NCBI RefSeq assembly: GCF_001194135.2
Contig: NC_068985.1
Location: forward strand, 123,353,125 to 123,417,124
DNA length: 64,000 bases
Source: Octopus bimaculoides
Lineage: Eukaryota
Reading direction: 5' to 3'
Below, piece by piece: positions 12,321-24,132 of the stretch. The notes beneath the pieces were generated by a model that was not told the DNA's origin, did no database searches, and was given only the letters and a program-made list of their open reading frames with translations. The translations under genes and the position numbers were made by a program. Numbering within the stretch: position 1 is the stretch's first letter; each line of letters opens with the position of its first letter.

Positions 12321-15300
12321 GGAATTCCAACCACATTTCGTGGTTCGCTACCTCAACAGCTCTTTTATAGGATCCAGTGGCTAAGGACATCATCAGGAGG
12401 AACCACGACCGGTTTCGGGCTCTACTCCTCTACCGTTTCCAACGTGGCGGAGCCCTCACTTTCGGAAGTGTCCTCAGCTCTGATGTTGAGTACGTTTTTT
12501 CTTTCTCCTTTTTTCTTCTGTTCTTTGGTTTCTTCGATGCAGCGTCAACGAATGTCATCGGGCGAAAGACTCCTGCCAAATTACCTTATAAATACTCGCC
12601 GGTAGGCTCTAGCAGCCAGCGTCAACTAACTGCCACGTGACACTGTTTAAGCTTCAACTGACCAATGGAGAGGAAGGGCGCGTAGTTTTGGGTCGCGCCC
12701 TCTCTAAACCTGCCTTCCAACAGTGTCGTATTAGTTTCAGTTCCAGCAGCCAGAACCGATTAGCTGTTTGGTGGTACAAGCCTTCGAACCAGGAGGAGGG
12801 TGCGCTGTGAATGAGATCGCTACCTTGGACTACCAGTCAATCAGCAATGCTGTTTAAGTGTCAGCCAGCCTCACCTAGCAACGCTATTTCCCAGTCGGCA
12901 TGTTACGGCTTACAAGCTGGCTTTGTCGACTAGCTCCTGTATCCTCCTTATTACTTTTCTCAATTCTGTGTTCGAAAATGCAAACCTTCTTTTAAATAAC
13001 GTCGCCATTTTCCTTTCAATGAAGCCTCTATCCCCCACTGCCAGGTGGTAATACTCGACATTCCATTCCTGTTATCAGTAATCTTCGATTAATTTCTCAT
13101 ACCTCTTCTCCTTCCGTTGCTCTGCATTACCGATGTTCTCTTCCCATGGCACTGTCAGCTCTAGCAAAATTCCAATATTCTGTTCCGTGTTCCATAGGAT
13201 TAAGCCCGGTCTTTTTTTTTTTTTTTATAAGTGGAAATATTCACTGTCTTTCCAAATCCTGTCCCTGTTAACTACATTGCACCAAATGTATATTTCGTCT
13301 TTTTTCTTCCTTCTTTCTCACTTCGAGTACCACTGCCTCTTTCATCTCCTTTACACTGCTCATGCAAAATGGCTTGAAATTGTGCGACTCTTGACCGGCT
13401 CTTGCTTCTTGCGTCGCTCCGACCATATCGGCATACCTTAGCTTTCCGATCGCCCTGTTTACTACCTCTTCCACTTTCATTTCCTCCCTGTTCGTACCTT
13501 TGGAGGGTTTTCTCGGATGTTCTGATCTTTCGAATACCTCAACATCATTACTGTCCTGCCTTATATTCCTCGGCGATTGATGTTATCGGTAGTTGCAACA
13601 CAGGTTTTCCATATAATGCAGTTGTATTCAATGGTTTTGGAAGACCAAGCCATTTTCTGATAAACACACTCCATCTTTGTTCCATCCTTTCTACTCTACT
13701 CGTGGCTATTTCGTGCATTTGCAATGGCCACATTATCCTTGGGTACAGTCCAAGTTGCAGTATCCAGCATTCGAATTTCCCCGATAATGTTGTTCTGTGA
13801 ATTGCCTTTAGTCCCTGTTCCACTAAATCGTGTGTTTCTTTGTTTTGCTTCTTACCATTTAATAAATCTCTGTACCATCTGCAGAGACTTTTTACTGGTT
13901 GTTCTTTCACCGTTGGTCTATCTTCACCTCCTATCCTGAATTTCACTTCTTTTTGGACTCTTCATGAAAGCCACGCTTCGAGAGTTTTGGGCTTTGAATT
14001 TCATCCTCATCCATCCTATTAGTTCGTCCAACCGCTCTAACGTTCCATCTGCTACTTCTCTACTTTCTGATAATACAGTAACGTCGTCCATATAAGCCCT
14101 TAATGGTGTCTTTGTAACAGATTTCTCACAGTTTGTTGATCTTAGTAACATCTCCATGACTAGCACAAATAAGATTACTGGTATCGTGCATCCAGCTGCA
14201 ATACCTACTTCAAACTGTTGCCACTCCGTTGAGAAATTTCCTGCTGTAAATCTCATCCTCAGTTTATCGTAGTAACACATGAGCATTCGTTGAATATCTT
14301 CTGAAATCCAAAAGAAGTCCATAGCTACTTGAACTAGTGCGTGTGGAACAGATCCATATGCACTGGCAAGATCTAGCCATACAATGTACAGGTTTTTTCT
14401 CAGTTGTTTTGCACAGTTGATAGCTTCCCAGATGGCAAATGCATGTTCTATGCATCCGGGGATTCCAGGGATCCCTGGCTTCTGGATTGCTTCATTAACA
14501 TATCCGTTATACTGTACGAATCTTATGATTCGCTTGGCGATAATTCCAAACATGATCTTCCCATCGATATTTAGCAGTGAAATGAGTCTGAATTGTCCTA
14601 GTGTTTTTGCCCCCCTCTCTTTAGGTAAATAAATACCTTCAGCTATACGCCATCGCTCTACTACGTCTTTCTTCTTCAACATTTCTCTTATCAATGTAAA
14701 TGGTTGTAAACGCAATTTCGGGCAATACTTATAAACCTTGTAGCTAACTCCATCGTTCTCTGGTAAAAATTTTGCTCTTGCTTTTCTAATGAACTCATCA
14801 CTTTCTTTCCGTCTAATGTCACTTAAACCGAATGGTACCCTTGGTTCAGGTGGTTTCTTCAGCCTGAGCATTTCTGGGAGTAATTTATTTCTATCAGCGT
14901 CTCTGTATGTCCCATGAAGATAGTGTTCGAGCTCTATTTTAGTGCCATCTAATCTTCTACTCTTACTTTCAGTAAACAAACGTTTAACATATTGATATGG
15001 GTTGTTTACAAAACTACGATAGTTCTTTTCTCTCTCCTTTCTTCTGTTCTTCCTTCTTTCCTTTCTTAGTTGTTCTCGATGCTTCTTTTTTTATCTCTTC
15101 ATATAGTTTTGTTTTAACCCTTCTCATTCCTCTTCTTTTGCATCCCTTCATCTGGTTCTGAGTTTTCTGTTCTCTTCTCGTATCTTTGCGATCCATCTTT
15201 TTCTCCTCGATGTTTCCTCCGTTGCCGATGATTCTCCATTCCCTGTTGTTTCAAGTCCAAATCTTTTCTCTACTTCCAGAGAGATTATATTAGCCAAGTT

Positions 15301-15679
15301 TTCGAGCTTTTGTTCGTCGTCCCTTTTGAATTTGGTGGTTATCTTGCTACCTCGTTGTCGAATTTCTTATAGCTCGCTGCATCATTTGCCTTCGGCCACT
15401 TAATCTTTGGCTTCTTCACGCCTAGCTCTTTTCTTGGCTTTTCCGATTCAATTAGGGAATGACTCTCGCTATGGTTTCTTTCCAGGAGGTTCTGGCCACA
15501 CGCCTTCTGGTCTTTCAGCCCGCGCTGTTGAATCACTTTCTTCTGATACACTTTCCCTTGGTGAATTCCAAGCCCGATGTAACTAGAAAACACCTTTCCA
15601 CAGTAGCTGAATTCTTCATCTACTTTTCTTTTACCGCTTCTTTTCTCGTTGTCCATTTCCGGTCCGGGTCCATTCCTTT
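12321..15679 (-). mobile_element. HERO-type RLE non-LTR retrotransposon, near full-length but inactivated
   Basis: N-terminal C2H2-like YCGKVFSSYIGLGIHQ (15339-15656). RT has DGVSYKVYKYCPKL, WLDLASAYGSVPH and AYMDDVT (13924-14979). Thumb is at 13548-13946. RLE reads RPGLILW..ILLELTVPWEEN..RKEKRY (~13090-13210). It has frameshifts, the CCHC knuckle appears deleted and the catalytic PD reads PG. Confidence 0.85.
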
Positions 15680-15725
15680 TTAGCGTATCGCTAAATCATC
15701 CAATAATTTGGATGACGAAAACATA
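15680..15725 (+). repeat. 46-bp hairpin-containing direct repeat, copy 2
   Basis: Contains TCATCCAA-taat-TTGGATGA. See copy 1. Confidence 0.85.
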
Positions 15726-15763
15726 AATACTAATGGCAAAGCGGGTCCAGGAAAAGTCGAACA

Positions 15764-15832
15764 ATCGAGCGGGGTTAACTGATGAGGCAACAGAAATTGC
15801 CGAAACTGACGTCGGTATTAAGAATATTCGAT
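15764..15832 (+). ncRNA. Type I hammerhead ribozyme, canonical core
   Basis: CUGAUGA (15779-15785), stem II GGCAA/UUGCC, GAAA, stem III ACUGA/UCGGU, GUA triplet, and stem I UUAA/UUAA plus AUCGA/UCGAU beyond a 6x6 internal loop. Confidence 0.8.
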
Positions 15833-16010
15833 CGGCATTTTTCGGACAATTATGGTCCCTGTTAGGGTATGTTTTCAGTCATGCGCATTAGAGCATTAGA
15901 GCGCTTAAGCTTTTATTTCTAGCAAAGTAAGTGTTTTCTAACACCCTATTCACATTTAGTAACAATTATATAATTCTCCTTTTTGGTGAAACTGCTGTTT
16001 ATATTCTTTT

Positions 16011-16223
16011 ATTCTTTTACTTGTTTTAATCATTTGACTGCGGTCATGCTGGAGCACCACTTTTAGTCGAAGAAATCGACCCCAGGACTTATTTTTTGTA
16101 AGCCTAGTACTTTTTCTAGCGTTCTCTTTTGCCGAACTGCTCAGTTACTGGGATGTAAACACACCAAGATTGGTTGTCAAGCGATGGTGGGGGGACAAAC
16201 ACAGACACAAATAGCAAACACAC

Positions 16224-16292
<69 letters not shown>

Positions 16293-16337
16293 GATAGATG
16301 ACGGGCTTCTTTCAGTTTCCGTCTACCAAATCCACTC
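16011..16337 (-). mobile_element. SINE family 2, running into a gap
   Basis: Reverse complement of the family body with the internal (TA)/(TG) tract. Confidence 0.85.
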
Positions 16338-16718
16338 NNNNNNNNNNNNNNNNNNNNNNNNNNNNNNNNNNNNNNNNNNNNNNNNNNNNNNNNNNNNNNN
16401 NNNNNNNNNNNNNNNNNNNNNNNNNNNNNNNNNNNNNNNNNNNNNNNNNNNNNNNNNNNNNNNNNNNNNNNNNNNNNNNNNNNNNNNNNNNNNNNNNNNN
16501 NNNNNNNNNNNNNNNNNNNNNNNNNNNNNNNNNNNNNNNNNNNNNNNNNNNNNNNNNNNNNNNNNNNNNNNNNNNNNNNNNNNNNNNNNNNNNNNNNNNN
16601 NNNNNNNNNNNNNNNNNNNNNNNNNNNNNNNNNNNNNNNNNNNNNNNNNNNNNNNNNNNNNNNNNNNNNNNNNNNNNNNNNNNNNNNNNNNNNNNNNNNN
16701 NNNNNNNNNNNNNNNNNN

Positions 16719-16799
<81 letters not shown>

Positions 16800-16859
16800 T
16801 GTGTGTGTGTGGATGTGTATGTATTTGTGTAATATGCGTTTGTAGTTGATGAAAGAAAG

Positions 16860-17400
16860 TTATGGCAATGCAAACTGGAAATAAACCAGAGATTTAAATA
16901 CAAAAACGAGACAAACATCAATCTTTTCTGCATTCATTTATTCAATATTTCGGCGATAAAATGCCCGTATCAGAGTGAGAGAAGAGTTAGCAAAGTTTTG
17001 ACCTGCGCAGATGAATACAGTAAGGAGGAATTGCCAAATGAATAGATAGTGTTAATTTATCTGATTAACATCGAGCAACTCTTATATGTAGTACATGATG
17101 GGCATATTTGTTTATTAAATCCGGCGTTTCCTTCTCTGAAGTACGATGCCCCGCTCAGTGGTTTTAATGGAGACCGTGATTGCCGTAACCAAATACGATA
17201 GCTGCCATCGAGTCCAATAATGTATTATAGAATATCAGATAATTAACTAAGTCAAACGATTAAATACCAGCAAGAAAATCAGACAAGTGTTGTGCAACGT
17301 CAACTGACTGATTGAAATGCACCAGCCTACACTTGTTGCAAAATATCCCACTTCACATATTAGTGCAAGTTATAACCATGCACATTCATTTCTGTTGAAT
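16860..17400 (-). mobile_element. Possible highly decayed Penelope-like 3' end
   Basis: Hammerhead relic at 16944-16976. Only a weak CNKC motif for GIY-YIG. Confidence 0.3.
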
Positions 17401-18674
17401 ATAAGGTAGTTTTATAGCCAAAACATTGAAATACAAGCTAAAGGTGTTAACCTTTGATTTTAAAAAAGTCTTGTTTCCTTTAACTTACCAAATTACAGTA
17501 GAAACTTGCGCAATTGCTTTTAACTCTTTTCAAAAATGCTTGCATTGTGTGTGTGGGGGGGGGGGGCGGAGTTATTTCTGAGGAATTATCATTCTGGGCA
17601 AAATACTTCATAAGCTCTTTGTTAGTACACCAAGCTAACAATATTGTTTAAATGGCCCATATCACATTTCAACACAATGTTCAGACAATATCTAATCTAA
17701 AAGCAATGCAAATATCTTTCTGTGTGATTGACCCGATTACAAACACTAATGTTTTATGACTGTCCTTTCCTCAATTTCAGCCATTCGATAGTTGTGACAG
17801 AGATAATCTTCAAACTAATAAATGTATGTATGTATGTATGTATGTATGTATGCATGTATGTATGTATGTATGTATGTATGTATGCACAGCCAGTTGTTCT
17901 CTTTATTTAGCTTCAAATCAACCCTAATCAAGAAGATCTATGGTCAAAGACGTTCTAACTATGACCATCCCGTCTTTTAAGTTGTATATCTGACTACATT
18001 ATATAATGTGCCCGCTCCTATGTATGATGATAGATCTTGATTTAAGGAAGATCTGGCTACCATTCCTTATTGGTCGAATGACTAAGAAGAGGCTCCCGAA
18101 ATGCACACATTACATCGTAGACTTATTGAAAAGCTATATCACATTCAATGAAGATACCGAAGAGTCATACTCGTCATCAAACGGTAGGACAGATTCTCCA
18201 ATATTGTACACTTCAACGATCAAACGTAGTCGGTATTTTCACACATAGATGCAACTATGAAGTCCGGAAAACAGGTAGGTGTTTAATGGCAAACTACGAT
18301 ATATGCACTAAAGGTTATGAACGTTTCGGTTTTAAGCTACGAAGAATGCATCAAACATGATCTAAAGATTATTCCATTGTTGAAAATATTAACCAATGGG
18401 AGAGCAGCATCCGATTAGGTAGAGTGTCGTTCTCTGACATAAAGATCAATTGAAACCATTGACAATAACTGCATTAGATAAACTGGTGAGGAGATACAAA
18501 AAACACAATAAATCCCTTTCACTATAGATACAATAAATCAATCGCCATACGTTTGATTTGTGACAACCGGTGAATATGAATACATATCTGTGTGTGTGTG
18601 TGTGTATGTGTGTGTATGTATGTGTGTGTGTGTGTGCGTGCGTGTATGTGTGTGTGTCTATATATATTTATCTC

Positions 18675-18710
<36 letters not shown>

Positions 18711-19209
18711 TAAGAAATTGACAATGGATATACATATATATACAACTATGGTATATACATGTGTGTGTGTGTAAGTGTGTGAGTGTGTGTGTATGCGCGC
18801 ACACGTGGTATATGCGTAGATATGATAGTCACTACCGCAGCTCCACGTGTCCAACCATATATATGTGTGCGTGTGCGTGTGTGGAGAGAGAGAGAGAGAG
18901 AAGGAGAGAGAGAAGGAGAGAGAGGGAGAGAGAGGGGAAGAGAAAGAGAGAGGGGGAGAGAAAGAGAGACAGAGAAAGAGATAGAGAGAAAAAAGAAAGT
19001 GATAGAGAAAGAATGAGAGAGAGAGACAGAGAAAGTTGAATAGCGTCTTTATTTTTTTTTGTAGTTTTCTGCTCTCTGTGTTCAAATCCTTGTAACCACC
19101 AATAAACAATTTTAGTATTGATAAATATTCATAAATGTCAAATGATTGACGCAGCTGGTCAACAGTGTTATTGTTGTTTATTCCCAGTTCGATCCTGATT
19201 GAGTAGTAT

Positions 19210-19256
<47 letters not shown>

Positions 19257-19540
19257 TGAAACATGCGCTGAATCAGTGCGTCGCAGCATAAACCATTTGT
19301 TGGTGATTTCCCCTCCTCTTGGCGGGTGGCACATCTGCACCACTCAGGCAACAATTTTCCAACCCATAGGTCTGTTTGGGTAGTCGTTGCTAGTGAGGAT
19401 TTTAGTCGCCTTTTACAAAACGCAGAGGAAACTTTGGTATGTCGATCATACATACATATATATATATATATACATATATATAGGCATGTATCTATATATA
19501 TATATATATATATATAAAGTGTAGGTGGCATACGAGTAGG

Positions 19541-19787
19541 TATATATTTATAAAAAAGAAGTTTGAAAACTCCACTATATCAGATAAATTTTTATTTTAA
19601 TTTTCTCGGAGATATTTTACATGTTTCCGTTCTTCTTGAAAAGAATGAACCTTATCAAAAATGTATATCTTTGATGAGGTTCATTTTTTCAAGAAGCACC
19701 GAAACATGTAAAATATCTCTGAGAAAATTGAAATTAAAATTTATCTGATATAGTGGAGTTTTCAAACTTCTTTTTTATAAATATATA
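19541..19787. mobile_element. 247-bp near-perfect palindromic MITE
   Basis: Left arm tatatatttataaaaaagaagtttgaaaactcc... is mirrored to the centre near 19660-19668. Confidence 0.8.
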
Positions 19788-19902
19788 TAAACATATGAGT
19801 GTAAGAAAGAGCCCCTACGGACAAAAGCCCCTCGACCAAAATCGCCATAGTTAAAGTGTGAAAGTGGACAAAGACCCCACGGTTATATTTTTCGATTATT
19901 TT

Positions 19903-21250
19903 TACTTGTTAGTTATTAGACTGCGGCCATGCTGGGACACCACCTTGAAAGATTTTTAGTCGAATGTATCGACTTCAGAATTTGCTTTAAATGATTTTCA
20001 ACCAGCGCATGAAGTTAAGCCTAGAAGGTATCTCCACATGCTAGAAATAACAGCCAAATCTCTTTAAATTTTTTATAACCCTCTCAGGTTTTTTTTATTT
20101 TCTAAAAGTCTTTTTACTTCTTTCAGTCATTGGACTGCCGCCATACTGGGGCACCAGCTTGAAGAATTTGGGTCGCAGAAAAATCAGCATTTTAAAATAC
20201 ATATTTAAAGTCTTTTGTTTTCTTCTCTCAGCACTTACAGATTAATGAGAATAAGTTGACCTTTTGAACTTTCTCCGGCTGTTGAAGGTCTAACAGAAGG
20301 CTAGTCATTCAAACGTACTTCTTATCGTTTACCTAAATAGGGAGATGGGTGTTTCTCCATAAAAATGACAAATTCTGGTTTTTGTGAAAAAAAAGACATG
20401 TCAGAGACATGTGTAATATTTACTTTCATTTAATGTTTGTTATTAAAATGTACTTCTTATCGTTTTTATGTTTTTACACATTTCTTGAAGTAGATGTTTT
20501 CACTTTTGTTAAAATTCAGACAATTTGTACATTGAGTAGTAAAGAGTCTTGTGCTCTGTTATTCTATTATTGCTGTTACGGTTGATTTATTTTCATTCTC
20601 AAACTTCAAAATTATTCTAAAAACGAGGAAAAGAATTGAAACACACGGAAATTACTACTGTGAGGGAGATAGATGTTTTGACACCGTTTTCTGATTGAAT
20701 ATATTGTGTTTACTTAAAAATTGGAATTTTGGAAAATAATTTGGGTTTTTTTTTTACAATCGCGATTTCCGTTTTTGTTTACGTGAAATTATAAAACAAA
20801 GAGTCATTGTAAGGCTTGGTTGTTATTTCTAACGTGTGGAGAGACCTTCTAGGCTTAACTTTATGTGCTGGTTGAAAATCACCTAAAACAGATTCTTCAA
20901 AGCAGTGCCCCAGCATGGCCGCAGTCCAGTGACTGAAACAAGTAAAATGATTCTTAGAAAATAAAAAAAAATGAAGAATAACCAAAAAATATAACCGAGG
21001 TGGAGTTAGAAAAAAAATTCAAGAGATTTGGCTGTTATTTCTAGCATTGGAGAGACCTTCTAGGCTTAACTTCATGCGCTGGTTGAAAATCATCTAAAAA
21101 AATTCTGGGGTTGATACTCTTGACTAAACCACAGAAATGGTTTTTATCAAACTTAAAACAAAATTCTGGGTTCTATACAGCCATCTAAAAATTCTTCAAG
21201 GTGTTGCCCCAGCATGGCCAGCTGCAGTCTAATAACTGCAACAAGTAAAA
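19903..21250. repeat. Local inverted duplication (arms ~19903-20175 and ~20885-21250) with an extra partial copy at ~20810-20950
   Basis: ctaggcttaacttcatgcgctggttgaaaatca is present inverted once and direct twice. Confidence 0.7.
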
Positions 21251-21624
21251 CAAAAATTCTGTTGAACTGGTCTTTCAGATTTACTATCTCTGTTTCGGTG
21301 TCTAGGCAGCATATATCTAAACAGCTGTAATGCATGGATACTGTTTTGTATTCGTTGGAGTTAATTCATGTTTGTTTTACTGGTTTAGTTCGGAGGATGG
21401 TCTGTGCAGGCCTTCCTGCATCGGTGAGATTATAATACATTGTGAAGCCATTAGAGACACAGGCAGGATTAGCGTAATCTACTGTGGATTTCATGTTTTG
21501 TTTGTACAACGATAGCTGTTTCATTCTGTTGACGTACCTTTGAGGGTCCTAAGTATTATTTGCGAATAGTTCTGTTATCTTTACCAATGTCCAGTGAGCT
21601 GTGAATTTTGTGCAGGCGCTATAT

Positions 21625-22620
21625 ACAAGGCGTTTGGATTAAATTTGCTAGTTTGCAGAAGAAACAAAATATCCAATCCAAAAATAAAAATATTTCAAAA
21701 AATCAAAAAATGTCAACTAGATTACGGTTGGGAAATAAGCAGTTTACTTAACGTAGCCAGCCTCAGCTTCTACCACAGCCTCAAAACGGCTCCGAAGCCT
21801 ACGCATGCGCTTCTCATTGTGTCGCTGAAATGATTTTCGAATACCTACTTGATTTTGACCAACAACTCGGCCTTGGAACGACATGCCATCACCTTCACTG
21901 GAGGCACACACAAAAGCCATCACAGTTTGGGAGAACTTGATTTTCATTATACATAGGACATCACGGATAGTAGGCAAGCCATCTGTTGTTCTGGTTGTTG
22001 TGCAAATGGTTCGGGCAGACCATCTTTTCATCTGGGAAGAACCAGATCATTCCCGGCCCAACAGGAAGCATCAGCATATGCAGGAACTTCTTTGCCTCCT
22101 TCAAGCGGTTCTCCTTGGCCTTGGCTGTCAGAATTTTCCCTTGCACCTCCTGTACGAGTGTTAGCGTAGATCTTCATTCAGAGCCAGATTCATGGTGGTG
22201 ACTCCAATACCTAACTCTCTCGCCAAAGCTCGGATTCCCTTCTTCCTCTTGTCTTACAGCTTGATGAATTCCGGCGTGTGGATGCAGTTAGAACGCATGG
22301 TGTGTCCCTTCCTGAAGGCCACAGCCTCGTAGACTCCATTGCAGTCTTCCAAGTCATCTCTTGCAGCATTTACAGTGTTCACAGAGCGTTGAGCAACACT
22401 CATAGTATCGGCATTTCGATACCCAGCGCCAATCATCAGGACACAGGTAACTCTTTTCTAATATTTAGATGGCGGGCAGTCCTCCATGTCAGCTAATTTT
22501 TTCTCAGTTACAACTTAATATTCATGCCCTCCAACGCCGTTGACTGTTTACCAACACGTCAAGCCTCCTGAAAAAAGAGACACATAAATATCGTCAAATT
22601 TAACACGAAAATCCTATATA
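21625..22620 (-). mobile_element. Internally deleted Tc1/mariner (DD37D/maT-like) element
   Basis: HTH-like region GIRALARELGIG, then WFFPDEK..NNQNNRWLA, VCASSEGD and RSRFEAVVEAEAGY. The TIRs are poorly preserved. Confidence 0.75.
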
Positions 22621-22684
22621 ACTCTGAAAATATTTTTATCCTATGTGTGTGTGTGCGTGCGTGTGCGGCGCGCGTGAGTGTGCG

Positions 22685-23925
22685 TGCGTAGACCACCAGT
22701 ACCTGGCGGCAGTCCTCGAAGCGGCTGCGCTGGGCCCGGACTTCCGTAGGTGGATCTCCGCAATGTATAGCGGCATTAAATCCGTGTCGGAGCCGTTTTC
22801 GACCAAGCGCTAGTTCGTCAAGGGTGTCATCTATCTCCGCTTCTGTACGTGTTGGCTCTTGAGCCATTACTGCAGAAGTTGGAGAACTTGGGGCGCACCC
22901 CAATGAAATCGGATGCAGTAAGTCGGACTCTGCTTATTCGGATGACATCACCATCATCGTGTCCAGCTACTTTGTGTAGAGGACGCTATTAAAGAATACG
23001 AGGCGGTGGAAGGGGCAAAGTTAACAAGGACAAGTCCATTGGCTTACGCCCCGGCACCTAGAGGAGCAAGTCGATATCGTCCAGTGTCGTGGGTCACTGG
23101 ACAGATGGTCCTGTTAAATTGCTTGGAGTTTGGTTTGGACCGGACTCCCAGACGGAGAAGAATTTGAGCGATGTGGAAGACAGGGTGGAAGCCCTAATCC
23201 GGACTTAGTCCGGAGGGGCTCTGTCCCTGAAAGGAAGGGTGGAGGTGGTACAGGTGTTTATTGCATCTGTAATCACCTACCGCCTAACCGTTGTCTCTTG
23301 CTCCAACTCGTGGCTAAACAAGTTGAAGCGCCTCTTCTTCTGCTTATTGTGGAAAGGAGGAAAACCAATTATGAGGCGCTCCGTCTGCTGCCAGGAACCG
23401 TTGAAGGGTGGGTTAGGGATGCCCTGGCTAATGATGCGCAGACATGAGTTGAGGCTCTGACATCTCTGGCGCTACCTGGAAGGTGATAAGGTGTGGAATC
23501 CGCTAGCGGAGGAATTCTTTCCGTGACCAGCCTCTTTGGAAAGATTAAAACCCGGTTTTATTAAAAGACGTAATCTGACAGAATGGCAAAAGGCGTGTCG
23601 ACGAGACGAGCAAAGCCGGCAGTGGGAATACCACCTCGGTTTTGTATAAAGGGCTGGTAGAGTTTAAAAAGATGACGTCCTAGGAGGGGCTCTGGGGTTA
23701 GACGAGAACCAACTTGCCAACCTGTTCCAAAAACCTTTGAGGCTGGGATATTTGGATAATTATCAAACATCCCTGACCTGACAGTGCTACAGAAATGCTT
23801 TACCTGTTCGCGATAAGTTATCCAGGCACGAAATATCAGTTCCAATAGCATGCCCAAGATGTGGGCTGGACGATGAAACCGTCCAGCACGCTTTTGTACA
23901 GTGCCGGAAGCTTTCAGGCTTGATA
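22685..23925 (+). mobile_element. Tx1/L1-clade LINE RT fragment
   Basis: VDHQYLAAVLEAA, VRQGCHLSPLLYVLALEPLL, SAYSDDITIIV and C-terminal CPRCGLDDETVQHAFVQC. Confidence 0.85.
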
Positions 23926-23981
23926 ATTTACTTTGCATTATTTACATTCGACGGATATTTGTCCTCATCTTGTTTATTGTT

Positions 23982-24028
23982 AACACAACGTTTCGGCTGA
24001 TATACCCTCCAGCCTTCTTCAGGTGTCT
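23982..24028 (-). ncRNA. Minimal hammerhead ribozyme with intact core (PLE type)
   Basis: GACAC-CUGAAGAA-GGCUG(10 nt)CAGCC-GAAA-CG-UU-GUGUU. It has 5-bp stems I and II, palindromic ACGU and a GUU triplet. Confidence 0.75.
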
Positions 24029-24076
24029 TGGGGAAATTTCGAACCTGGGTTCTCATTCCTAAGGTAATTTTCGATG

Positions 24077-24132
<56 letters not shown>

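Noticed and set aside
15838-15870. Sense-strand (minus) hammerhead upstream of HERO: GGAC/GUCC hairpin followed by GAAA
   Set aside because: The core reads CUAACAG rather than CUGANGA, and stems I and III do not close.
16944-16976. Functional hammerhead (minus strand)
   Set aside because: The core is CUGAUACG with three substitutions and stem I is broken. Kept only as weak evidence for a PLE end.
19265-19445. Candidate exon with a GTATGT donor
   Set aside because: No pyrimidine tract at the acceptor and no recognisable protein motif.
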